From: Candidatus Margulisiibacteriota bacterium
GTDB taxonomy: Bacteria; Margulisbacteria; WOR-1; O2-12-FULL-45-9
Length of the DNA stretch: 18,554 bases
NCBI GenBank assembly: GCA_034723395.1
Contig: JAYEOW010000010.1
Span: 1-18,554 of the forward strand
Reading direction: 5' to 3'
Part shown: piece after piece, positions 8,290-14,471 of the stretch
How the letters are laid out: every line of letters begins with the position of its first letter
How positions within the stretch are numbered: the stretch's first letter is position 1
The notes under the pieces: generated by a model
Told to the model about the DNA's origin: nothing
The model's database searches: none
What the model saw: only the letters and a program-made list of their open reading frames with translations
Position numbers and translations under genes: made by a program

Positions 8290-8716
8290 ACTCTTTCTCC
8301 TTTTCTAAAATTAAAGCATAATCATCAACCCTACGATTAAAATAGTGATACATCACAAAAGAAGGAATGGCCACTACAAGCCCGAAAGCCGTAGTAAGCA
8401 ACGCTTCCCATATCCCGCCGGCAAGCACGGAGGCATTCACCCGGCCTGCAAGTTCCTCAATCCTCATAAAGGCGCGAATCATACCGGTTACAGTTCCAAG
8501 CAGACCCAGAAGAGGGGCAACATGCGCAACGATCCCTAAAATATCTATGTTTTTTTCCAAATCTTGGACGACTAATGGACCAATGGCGCTGTTTTTCATA
8601 AGTTTTCCAACTTTCCAGAACTTAAAAAAACGTTCTATGATAACAGTCAGAGAAACCACCGAACAAGCAAGGATTAGCCCCATTATCCAGCCACCTTTAA
8701 CCATTAAATTCAGCAT
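8279..8716 (-). CDS. exbB: MotA/TolQ/ExbB proton channel protein (unusually short, 145 aa)
   Basis: GGWIM TM1…IIER; APLLGLLGTVTGMIRAF; GGIWEALLTTAFGLVVAIPS; AAGGAGG Shine-Dalgarno. Confidence 0.9.
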   Translation of the reverse strand: MLNLMVKGGWIMGLILACSVVSLTVIIERFFKFWKVGKLMKNSAIGPLVVQDLEKNIDILGIVAHVAPLLGLLGTVTGMIRAFMRIEELAGRVNASVLAGGIWEALLTTAFGLVVAIPSFVMYHYFNRRVDDYALILEKEKEFEA

Positions 8717-8729
8717 CTCGCCCTCCTTA

Positions 8730-8756
8730 GTAGCAATAATCTAATATTCGTAACAC
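8730..8756 (-). promoter_or_regulatory. Candidate NikR operator upstream of exbB
   Basis: Plus strand GTAGCAA-N13-GTAACAC; same right half and 13-bp spacing as the site upstream of nikR. Confidence 0.55.
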
Positions 8757-8774
8757 CATAAGGCAAAAAAAATA

Positions 8775-9191
8775 TTACACTATTTCTTTACCCGTAGCTG
8801 TCACCACCAGTTTCCCGTGTTTTACACCCTTAGTGCTGATCAGCCTGTTGCCGATATCTTTTACATTTTGGGCCTTTCCCTTTACCACTAAAATTTCCAA
8901 ACAATTATGGTGGTCCATGTGGATGTGCGTGCTGGAAATGATATTTTTATAAAAATCATGCTGCATATCTGTCAGCTTGTCAGCCAGCGCGCGGGTGTGG
9001 TGGTTATAGACGATCGTTACCGTCCCGACGACTTCTTTATCTTCCGCAATAGACTGTTCCACGATGTTGTCACGCATAAGGTCGCGGATGGCTTCGGAGC
9101 GGCTGGTGTAACCTCTCTGTAGAGATATCTTATCAAACTTCTCAAGTAAATCTTCTGGCGCTGATATTCCGAATCTTTCGATATTGCTCAT
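8775..9191 (-). CDS. nikR: Nickel-responsive transcriptional regulator NikR
   Basis: RHH N-terminus RFGIS…[22 protein letters not shown]; Ni-site motif QH…HIH…NCLE; GVKHGKL. Confidence 0.96.
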   Translation of the reverse strand: MSNIERFGISAPEDLLEKFDKISLQRGYTSRSEAIRDLMRDNIVEQSIAEDKEVVGTVTIVYNHHTRALADKLTDMQHDFYKNIISSTHIHMDHHNCLEILVVKGKAQNVKDIGNRLISTKGVKHGKLVVTATGKEIV

Positions 9192-9196
9192 GATTA

Positions 9197-9223
9197 GTGC
9201 TACCCTTTTTATAATTGTAACAC
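9197..9223 (-). promoter_or_regulatory. NikR operator (autoregulatory), imperfect dyad GTGCTAC-N13-GTAACAC
   Basis: 6/7 inverted symmetry over 27 bp; overlaps the -10 box and leader of nikR. Confidence 0.75.
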
Positions 9224-9241
9224 CACTAAATATCCTGTCAA
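9214..9241 (-). promoter_or_regulatory. Sigma70-type promoter of the nikR operon
   Basis: TTGACA (9241-9236), 16-bp spacer, extended -10 TGtTACAAT (TACAAT 9219-9214). Confidence 0.75.
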
Positions 9242-9275
9242 GCCTTTTGGGATAAAGAGTAAGCCGGATGAGATA

Positions 9276-9620
9276 CTAAATTCTCTTATACCTAGCCAAC
9301 TCTTCCTCGCTCATCCCAAAATAGTGGCCGATCTCGTGCTGGAGAACATTTACGATCAGATCAGGGATTTTTTTATCGGGGAAACGGTCAAACGCCTTTT
9401 TATAGATAATAATTTTATCGGGAAGGACATTTTGGTAGGCAGGTCCGCGGCGCGACCAGGGGACCCCTCGATACTGCCCCAGGATCATATGTTTTTGACT
9501 ATCAAAAGGGAGCTGATCAGGCTCGACTTCGATCGTAATATTTTCAAGTTTCTCCCTAAACTTATCAGGGATCTCTTCTAGTGCTTTTTCCACCTGTTTT
9601 TCGAAGTCGGCAAACTGCAT
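9276..9620 (-). CDS. Minimal zincin-like metallopeptidase family protein
   Basis: LGQYRGVP, LPDKIIIY and HEIGHYFGMSE (HExxH) motifs. Confidence 0.88.
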   Translation of the reverse strand: MQFADFEKQVEKALEEIPDKFREKLENITIEVEPDQLPFDSQKHMILGQYRGVPWSRRGPAYQNVLPDKIIIYKKAFDRFPDKKIPDLIVNVLQHEIGHYFGMSEEELARYKRI

Positions 9621-9684
9621 TTATTTATTATACACCAAAAGAACCTCCCCTTGACCCATTAACAAACTAGTGAGAAAATGGCCC

Positions 9685-9819
9685 ATGCATAAAAAGACCA
9701 CACAAAAGATTTGGGTCCTGCTGATCCTGGCAGCTATTATCTTCTTTGCTGTTTTCATGGTACTAACCGTGCCAGAAGTGAATACCGTCGAAGAAGTCGA
9801 GCAGGTTGAAGGCTTCTAA
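9685..9819 (+). CDS. Small single-pass membrane protein, 44 aa (MHKKTTQKIWVLLILAAIIFFAVFMVLTVPEVNTVEEVEQVEGF); not in the ORF track
   Basis: ATG 9685 to TAA 9819; basic N-terminus, ~20-aa hydrophobic segment, acidic tail; fills the gap 11 bp before the co-oriented chagasin gene; TTGACC-N17-GAAAAT upstream. Confidence 0.7.
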   Translation: MHKKTTQKIWVLLILAAIIFFAVFMVLTVPEVNTVEEVEQVEGF

Positions 9820-9830
9820 GGCATAAAACC

Positions 9831-10217
9831 GTGGAAAAATATATTTGCTATGCATTATTGGCAATTCTTGCTATTGGGCTGCTTATACTGAACGGCTGCG
9901 ATAAGAAGTTTACAGAAAAGCAAAACGGGAAAGAGGTTGCGCTTAAAGCCGGCACGAACTTCTCGATTTATCTGGAAGGGAATCCAACGACCGGATACAA
10001 CTGGCAGGTAAAAGATTACGACCGTAAGATCATTGAACAGGTAGGGAAGGAAAAATATTCCTCAGAAGGCGACAAGATCGGCACCGGCGGGCATTTCACC
10101 TTTAACTTCAAGGCCCTCTTGCCCGGAAAAACAAAACTGGAACTTGCTTATCTCCGTCCGTGGGAAGAGAACGTTCCACCGATTGAAACCTTTGAGGTCA
10201 TACTGCGTATTAAGTAA
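9831..10217 (+). CDS. Chagasin/ICP (I42 family) cysteine protease inhibitor lipoprotein
   Basis: Lipobox LNGC; NPTTGY, IGTGG and YLRPWE, the three conserved chagasin loops. Confidence 0.92.
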   Translation: MEKYICYALLAILAIGLLILNGCDKKFTEKQNGKEVALKAGTNFSIYLEGNPTTGYNWQVKDYDRKIIEQVGKEKYSSEGDKIGTGGHFTFNFKALLPGKTKLELAYLRPWEENVPPIETFEVILRIK

Positions 10218-10219
10218 AA

Positions 10220-10486
10220 CTAAATCTTGTTCCGATTAAAGATCCCTACTCCAAGATCCATTAGAACCGCAAGAACAAGGATAAATATTTGTGTGAATTC
10301 CCACCTGCCGCCGAACCAACGCTGTACCGCACTGTACCAAAGCATAGTGTGCGGCATAAAGAAAAACCCTAATAGCGGCACATACCAAGTCGCAAAAACC
10401 GCATTAAACCATCCTGAAAAAAACCACAAGCACAAAATAAGCAGGCGCGGAAGAACTAGGGATATTATTATTAAAATTCCAACCAT
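10220..10486 (-). CDS. Small integral membrane protein of unknown function
   Basis: Three hydrophobic segments; LPRL, PLLGFFFMPHT motifs; promoter directly upstream. Confidence 0.75.
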   Translation of the reverse strand: MVGILIIISLVLPRLLILCLWFFSGWFNAVFATWYVPLLGFFFMPHTMLWYSAVQRWFGGRWEFTQIFILVLAVLMDLGVGIFNRNKI

Positions 10487-10492
10487 GGTTGA

Positions 10493-10521
10493 ATTTTACA
10501 TATCTATTTTTCATTCGTCAA
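10493..10521 (-). promoter_or_regulatory. Promoter giving a probable leaderless transcript for 10220-10486
   Basis: TTGACG (10521-10516), N17, TAAAAT (10498-10493), 6 nt, then ATG; no Shine-Dalgarno. Confidence 0.65.
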
Positions 10522-10936
10522 CCACAAATCCGATCCCCTTTTCGTGCCTTTCTGATCCGGCTCCATTAACTTCCGGATCGCATCAAAGACCACTTTTATC
10601 TCCCTATCGTGCCCTTCTACCTTTTGTTCGAGTTCTTTCAGCTTACGGAAACACTTCTTTATGTGTAGCAAGGACCTGCTTGAGCTTCACAAATGCCCTC
10701 ATTATGGCGATATTCACTCTAATGGCCCTCTCACTCTTTAGGACCGAAGATAACATAGCTACCCCCTGCTCGGTAAATACATGGGGCATATATTTTGAGT
10801 GCTTCCCCTTCTCTAAGATTCCAAATTGGAATCTTAGAGTTTGATGCTCCTCTTTGGTTAATTGAAACATAAAATCCGACGGGAATCGGCCGGTATTCCT
10901 TCTCACAGCTTTATTTAGATTGTAGGTTCTAACCCC
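10511..10936 (-). pseudogene. ORF6N (KilA-N-like) DNA-binding protein pseudogene
   Basis: [27 protein letters not shown]…[15 protein letters not shown]. The 5' end and start are missing. After a frameshift near 10648 it continues [29 protein letters not shown]; a second shift reaches the family-typical …GIGF tail ending TGA at 10513-10511. Confidence 0.85.
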
Positions 10937-11058
10937 GACAGATCGTCGTTTTTTTAACCGTTACTTCCCCTCTTGACTCAGTTGGTGGGTGCTCTTTAGC
11001 CCCCTGTTATAATTGGACTGGCTGAGAAGAGAGGATTTTGGCAAAGGGGGATTACAAA

Positions 11059-11228
11059 ATGGCACGTAGAAAATGGACCGCAGAGGAAAAGATGCCGGTA
11101 GTAAGGGCGATGCTCCAAAAGGATCGTCCGGTAACGCAGATCTGCAAATCGTACGGTATCAGTGACGCACAGGCGTATAAATGGCGTTGGAAACCACGGG
11201 GTTATCAAAAAGCAGTTATTATTACAAG
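11059..11228 (+). mobile_element. IS3-family transposase remnant (orfA N-terminus joined to an orfB N-terminal scrap)
   Basis: MARRKWTAEEK…VTQICKSYGISDAQAYKWR HTH from ATG 11059 (AAAGGGGG SD); in the -1 frame from 11181, ALETTGLSKSSYYYK resembles the orfB 'GxSRSxYY' motif; no DDE domain follows. Confidence 0.7.
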
Positions 11229-11333
11229 GACAAGGCTATGGAAAATTCTACGCCTCCAAAGTTGGCAATGGTAAAATTTTTGCGAAAGTTGGAAAATTAG
11301 TAAAAATGGTCGCAATTATTGTTATTAAATAAA

Positions 11334-11528
11334 CTACCGGTTCTTATCCCACTGAAAACCGGCCAAATAGAGAATCTCAAGGAGGCCCAAGGTGTTTATA
11401 ACTAAGATCGCGATAAACCATCCCCACTGGTTGTTCCTGCTCGCCTTCCAAAGTGCGATCCCTTTCCATATGATTGACCAGATAATCGCAACAACGATCA
11501 AAAGATTCATTGACAGCTCTTGTGACAC
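11334..11528 (-). CDS. DUF5652-like small membrane protein
   Basis: WKGIALWKASRNNQWGWF…NTLGLLEILY motif; GTG start with AAGGAGG SD. Confidence 0.75.
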   Translation of the reverse strand: MSQELSMNLLIVVAIIWSIIWKGIALWKASRNNQWGWFIAILVINTLGLLEILYLAGFQWDKNR

Positions 11529-11550
11529 AACTGCTCCCTCCTTTTGGGTT

Positions 11551-11805
11551 TTATCCGTATTGCTTTTTTAAATATATCAAATATAACGTAAGAGCAAAGG
11601 TAATCGAATTAGCTGCGATTATTGGATGAGATTGCAGATAAAGGCCATAAATTGTCCAGAGGGCTACCCCAAATGCTAACAAAATACACATCGCGATCGA
11701 AATATCCTTGGTATGCCTGGAATTATGTGCTTTGACCACCTGCGGAAAAAAAGCCGCCGTCGTTAAGCATGCCGCAATTGTACCGATAATAAATATATGA
11801 TCCAT
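11551..11805 (-). CDS. SemiSWEET (PQ-loop/MtN3) transporter
   Basis: 84 aa, 3 TMs; LTTAAFFPQVVK, TKDIS, GVALWTIYG, PIIAAN. Confidence 0.92.
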   Translation of the reverse strand: MDHIFIIGTIAACLTTAAFFPQVVKAHNSRHTKDISIAMCILLAFGVALWTIYGLYLQSHPIIAANSITFALTLYLIYLKKQYG

Positions 11806-11834
11806 TAGTTTATTCCTAGAATTCTATCACTCGA

Positions 11835-11853
11835 TCTCGAGCTTGTCGAGAGA
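11835..11853. repeat. Short REP-like palindrome TCTCGAGCTTGTCGAGAGA
   Basis: Stem TCTCGA/TCGAGA with GCTTG loop in the divergent intergenic region; single copy here, so repeat status is inferred. Confidence 0.35.
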
Positions 11854-11891
11854 CCGGGGCAAGCGCCCCCTTCGATTCGCTTCTCCCTTTG

Positions 11892-11900
11892 TGCTATAAT
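11892..11900 (+). promoter_or_regulatory. Extended -10 promoter, probable leaderless transcript for the Omp85 gene
   Basis: TGcTATAAT followed by 7 nt and ATG 11908; no Shine-Dalgarno. Confidence 0.7.
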
Positions 11901-11907
11901 TTTCAGC

Positions 11908-12969
11908 ATGAAAAATAAACTCCTGGTCCCCATCTCCCTTGCATGCCTCCTCCTGTTCCCTTCATTTGCCAAAGCCGGCTCCGTCGGCGGCATGCCTTAT
12001 GCCATATATAATTCAACCTACGGCATCGGATACGGGATCATCGGGCGCTTAAAAGATCAGCTCGGGAAGAATGAATCCCTGACCCTGGCTTCCACCTGGA
12101 CAGAGAACGGCGGCAACACCAACCATTTTACCTTCTCGTTTCCGGACAGGGATTTTCGCCGCGGGGAGGCCCATGAACTGGCCGTCGACCTTGAAGGGGT
12201 GGTCGGGACATATATCTCGGAAAGATACTACGGCCTGGGGAACGCTACACCGGGCACAAATTATACGACCTTCAACAACCAGCACAACCGGGTCAGACTG
12301 TTTTTTTCCCGCGCTTACCGGAAAAATATTTCGCTCGCAACGGGATTGATCCTGGGAAGCAACGCTTTCTCTGAAATTAACCAGGGGACCAATCCGATCA
12401 CCCGTGATACCCGGGATAATTGCCGCCAATATTACGCCGGCAGCATCGGCCTGACCATAGATAACCGCAATAACAAAAGCGACCCGCGAAGCGGAGATCT
12501 GGTCCTGGCAGACTTCGCTTTCGGCATCAACGCAGCCGGCAGCCCGGCCAAATACTCTAAACTGGTCGTCGACCTGCGGCGCTACGACACCCCTATAGAC
12601 AAGGACCAGGTACTGGCCAGCCGTGTAATGCTGGCCCAGATGGCCGGCGATGTCATTCCCTTATACGAATACGTTTCGCTCGGCGGGCGCGATACGCTGC
12701 GTGGCTACAGCATAAACCGTTTTCGCGACAAAAGCACTGCCATGGTCAACCTCGAATACCGTTTCCCCATTTTTTGGGTATTCAGCGGAGCTGTTTTTTA
12801 TGAAGCGGGCAAGGTCGCCCCTATATTTACCGAGTTGGGATTGAACAGCTGGGCTTCCGATTTCGGCGCGGGCCTGCGCGTTAATTTTGGCAATGTTATC
12901 GTGCGCGGTGATATTGGCCGCGGGACCGAGGGGATTAACGCTTACTTCTTTTACGATCAGGCATTTTGA
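11908..12969 (+). CDS. Omp85 (BamA/TamA) superfamily barrel-only outer-membrane protein
   Basis: Signal peptide (AKA cleavage); DNRNNKSDPRSG, LGGRDTLRGY (VRGF/Y-like), NLEYRFP, DFGAGLR, terminal QAF; no room for POTRA domains. Confidence 0.88.
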   Translation: MKNKLLVPISLACLLLFPSFAKAGSVGGMPYAIYNSTYGIGYGIIGRLKDQLGKNESLTLASTWTENGGNTNHFTFSFPDRDFRRGEAHELAVDLEGVVGTYISERYYGLGNATPGTNYTTFNNQHNRVRLFFSRAYRKNISLATGLILGSNAFSEINQGTNPITRDTRDNCRQYYAGSIGLTIDNRNNKSDPRSGDLVLADFAFGINAAGSPAKYSKLVVDLRRYDTPIDKDQVLASRVMLAQMAGDVIPLYEYVSLGGRDTLRGYSINRFRDKSTAMVNLEYRFPIFWVFSGAVFYEAGKVAPIFTELGLNSWASDFGAGLRVNFGNVIVRGDIGRGTEGINAYFFYDQAF

Positions 12970-13198
12970 CCGCTGCCTTAAACTTCGTCCACGGCTGACT
13001 CGGCCGGTCTTTAAGATAGCCTTCTAGATATCCGTGCTGAAAACCGCGCTCGTAGGGCTCTCCCTCAATATGAACATAGACCCAGCCATTTTTTTCAAAA
13101 CGATACCCTTTACCATAAGTCTTTTTATCTGCAGAAGATACCGGCAACACAAAAAAAACAAGTAAGATTAACACAATAATATATTTTATTTTTTCCAT
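12935..13198 (-). pseudogene. Internally deleted secreted Ntn-hydrolase (phospholipase B-like / peptidase C45-like)
   Basis: Signal peptide plus GYRFEKNGWVYVHIEGEPYERGFQHGYL (family N-terminus) joined directly to EGYLKDRPSQPWTKF (resembles the family C-terminus); 87 aa with no catalytic core. Confidence 0.6.
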
Positions 13199-13202
13199 AA
13201 GA

Positions 13203-13700
13203 TTACTCCCCGGCTTTTTTATTTTCTAAATAATTATGTGCGCCCAGAAGAGTTAACATTAATATCGGCAGAAAAAGATCGCCAAACCAGAGGAGTACGC
13301 CGGCATTGTTTGGCGCATAATTCTGATAAATGATCATCTGCCGGATATGCCCGATCCCCGCGCCGATCCCAAAAACCGTTCCATAAATAACCGTCGCCGT
13401 CCAAAAATTACCGCGCAGCCATAGGCACAACACTCCCAAAACTCCTAATCCTAGATTGGCGATCGCGATCTCATATTGAAATGGGCTGGTCTGCCATCCA
13501 ATGCTTGCCGCGACCTCTGCCGAACGGAAGGCGTGCCCACAAAATGCAAATAGCCCTCCTAAACCAACGTTAATAAGTAAAATATACAATAAAAATATCC
13601 CGATAATATTTTTAAGCGCCATCGGTTTTTTTGAAAAAAGAATATTGGTCCCGGCAGCAACCAGCGCAAAAGAAAACAGTACGATTACAAACATTGACAT
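13203..13700 (-). CDS. DUF6790-like integral membrane protein
   Basis: Multiple TMs; GH…VAASIGW, SPFQYEIAIANL, GHIRQM…NYAPNNAG motifs; AAAGGGGGG SD. Confidence 0.7.
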   Translation of the reverse strand: MSMFVIVLFSFALVAAGTNILFSKKPMALKNIIGIFLLYILLINVGLGGLFAFCGHAFRSAEVAASIGWQTSPFQYEIAIANLGLGVLGVLCLWLRGNFWTATVIYGTVFGIGAGIGHIRQMIIYQNYAPNNAGVLLWFGDLFLPILMLTLLGAHNYLENKKAGE

Positions 13701-13724
13701 CCCCCCTTTGAATTATCCGGGAAA

Positions 13725-13780
13725 ATTGTACACCGCAGACGGCAAGGCAGCAAGGATATTACTTTTTGCCCATATGGGCA
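13725..13780 (-). promoter_or_regulatory. Promoter of 13203-13700 with an upstream perfect 14-bp palindrome
   Basis: TTGCTG (13753-13748)-N17-TACAAT (13730-13725); TGCCCATATGGGCA at 13767-13780. Confidence 0.5.
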
Positions 13781-13793
13781 TTTTTATATGAAC

Positions 13794-13835
13794 AAAAAAT
13801 AGGGTCACAAGCTTTAACAAACCCGCGACCCTATT
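13794..13835 (-). terminator. Long-stem intrinsic terminator downstream of the Lys-rich micropeptide
   Basis: Minus strand AATAGGGTCGCGGGTTT-GTTA-AAGCTTGTGACCCTATT (17-bp stem with G:U pairs) running into a U-tract. Confidence 0.75.
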
Positions 13836-13840
13836 GGAAC

Positions 13841-13863
13841 AAAAAAACGACGCTTATCGTCAT
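13841..13863 (-). terminator. Short terminator-like hairpin overlapping the micropeptide stop codon
   Basis: Minus strand ATGACG-ATAAG-CGTCGT followed by a U-tract. Confidence 0.5.
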
Positions 13864-13940
13864 TTTTTCTTCTTAGCCTTTTTAGCTTTTTTCTTCTTTA
13901 CAACTTTCTTTTTAGCTTTCTTTTTTTTCTTTACTGCCAT
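13860..13940 (-). CDS. 26-aa lysine-rich micropeptide MAVKKKKKAKKKVVKKKKAKKAKKKK (histone H1-tail-like); not in the ORF track
   Basis: ATG 13940 to TGA 13860; perfect SD AGGAGGTGA (13957-13949) 8 nt upstream; own promoter and two terminators; mixed AAA/AAG codons hold frame throughout. Confidence 0.85.
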   Translation of the reverse strand: MAVKKKKKAKKKVVKKKKAKKAKKKK

Positions 13941-13975
13941 CTTCGGTTTCACCTCCTTTTCCACTAACTGATATT

Positions 13976-14003
13976 ATTTTAACACTTTGATTTATTTTTA
14001 CAA
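13976..14003 (-). promoter_or_regulatory. Promoter of the Lys-rich micropeptide
   Basis: TTGTAA (14003-13998), N16, extended -10 TGtTAAAAT (TAAAAT 13981-13976), AT-rich upstream. Confidence 0.65.
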
Positions 14004-14011
14004 TAATAATT

Positions 14012-14455
14012 TTATTTTTTCTTGAGCTTGAGGCGCGCTCTCTCTAATACCCGCATGTGCGATTCTTCATCCCGGGAAAGAGTTTTATAAAACTCTTTCT
14101 CTTCCTGGCCGGCCGCCCCCTCCGCCTCCCTTGTGTAAAAGGTGATCGCGTGCTTTTCATCTTCGATCGCGCTATTGATTACCTCTATGTCGCTCAGGTC
14201 GGGATCTTCAAAATTTATTTCACTTAAAATAGAGGCCTTCTCCAAAATCCCGCTATAATCCAACGATGCCTTCATTTTTTTTAATCGCTGTTCGATCGCT
14301 TTCATATGTTTTTTCTCTTCCCCCAAAATCTTCTTGATCATCTTCTTTCCGTCCGGGTTCAAACTCCGATTCGCCATCCGCGCATAGAAATTTACCGCCT
14401 CTTTCTCCGCCTTAAGCGCTATTAATAACGGCCTGCTCCTTTTTTGCTCATTCAT
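14012..14455 (-). CDS. Ferritin-like / rubrerythrin-family di-iron protein without rubredoxin domain
   Basis: Two repeats of E…FY…EExxH/DExxH (AEKEAVNFY…EEKKH; DEKHAITFY…DEESH); GGAGG SD. Confidence 0.85.
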   Translation of the reverse strand: MNEQKRSRPLLIALKAEKEAVNFYARMANRSLNPDGKKMIKKILGEEKKHMKAIEQRLKKMKASLDYSGILEKASILSEINFEDPDLSDIEVINSAIEDEKHAITFYTREAEGAAGQEEKEFYKTLSRDEESHMRVLERARLKLKKK

Positions 14456-14471
14456 ATCAATCCCTCCTTCA

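Noticed and set aside
9276..10217. Cognate protease-inhibitor pair (zincin plus chagasin)
   Set aside because: I42 inhibitors target papain-like cysteine proteases, and the zincin lacks a signal peptide whereas the inhibitor is a lipoprotein.
10227..10844. 205-aa plus-strand ORF and other antisense ORFs (e.g. 3493-3915, 8367-8744, 12049-12429, 16209-16751)
   Set aside because: Shadows of well-supported genes on the opposite strand, with no motifs or SD.
10936..10955. Plus-strand terminator-like CGAC-AGATC-GTCG-T7
   Set aside because: Only a 4-bp stem and no plus-strand gene ends nearby; it sits at the ORF6N truncation point.
11805..11993. 62-aa minus-strand ORF upstream of SemiSWEET
   Set aside because: Overlaps the Omp85 start and both divergent promoters; no recognisable features.
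13860..13940. Treating the T-rich tract as non-coding low-complexity DNA
   Set aside because: Strict triplet structure, ATG with perfectly spaced SD, promoter and terminators argue for a real gene.
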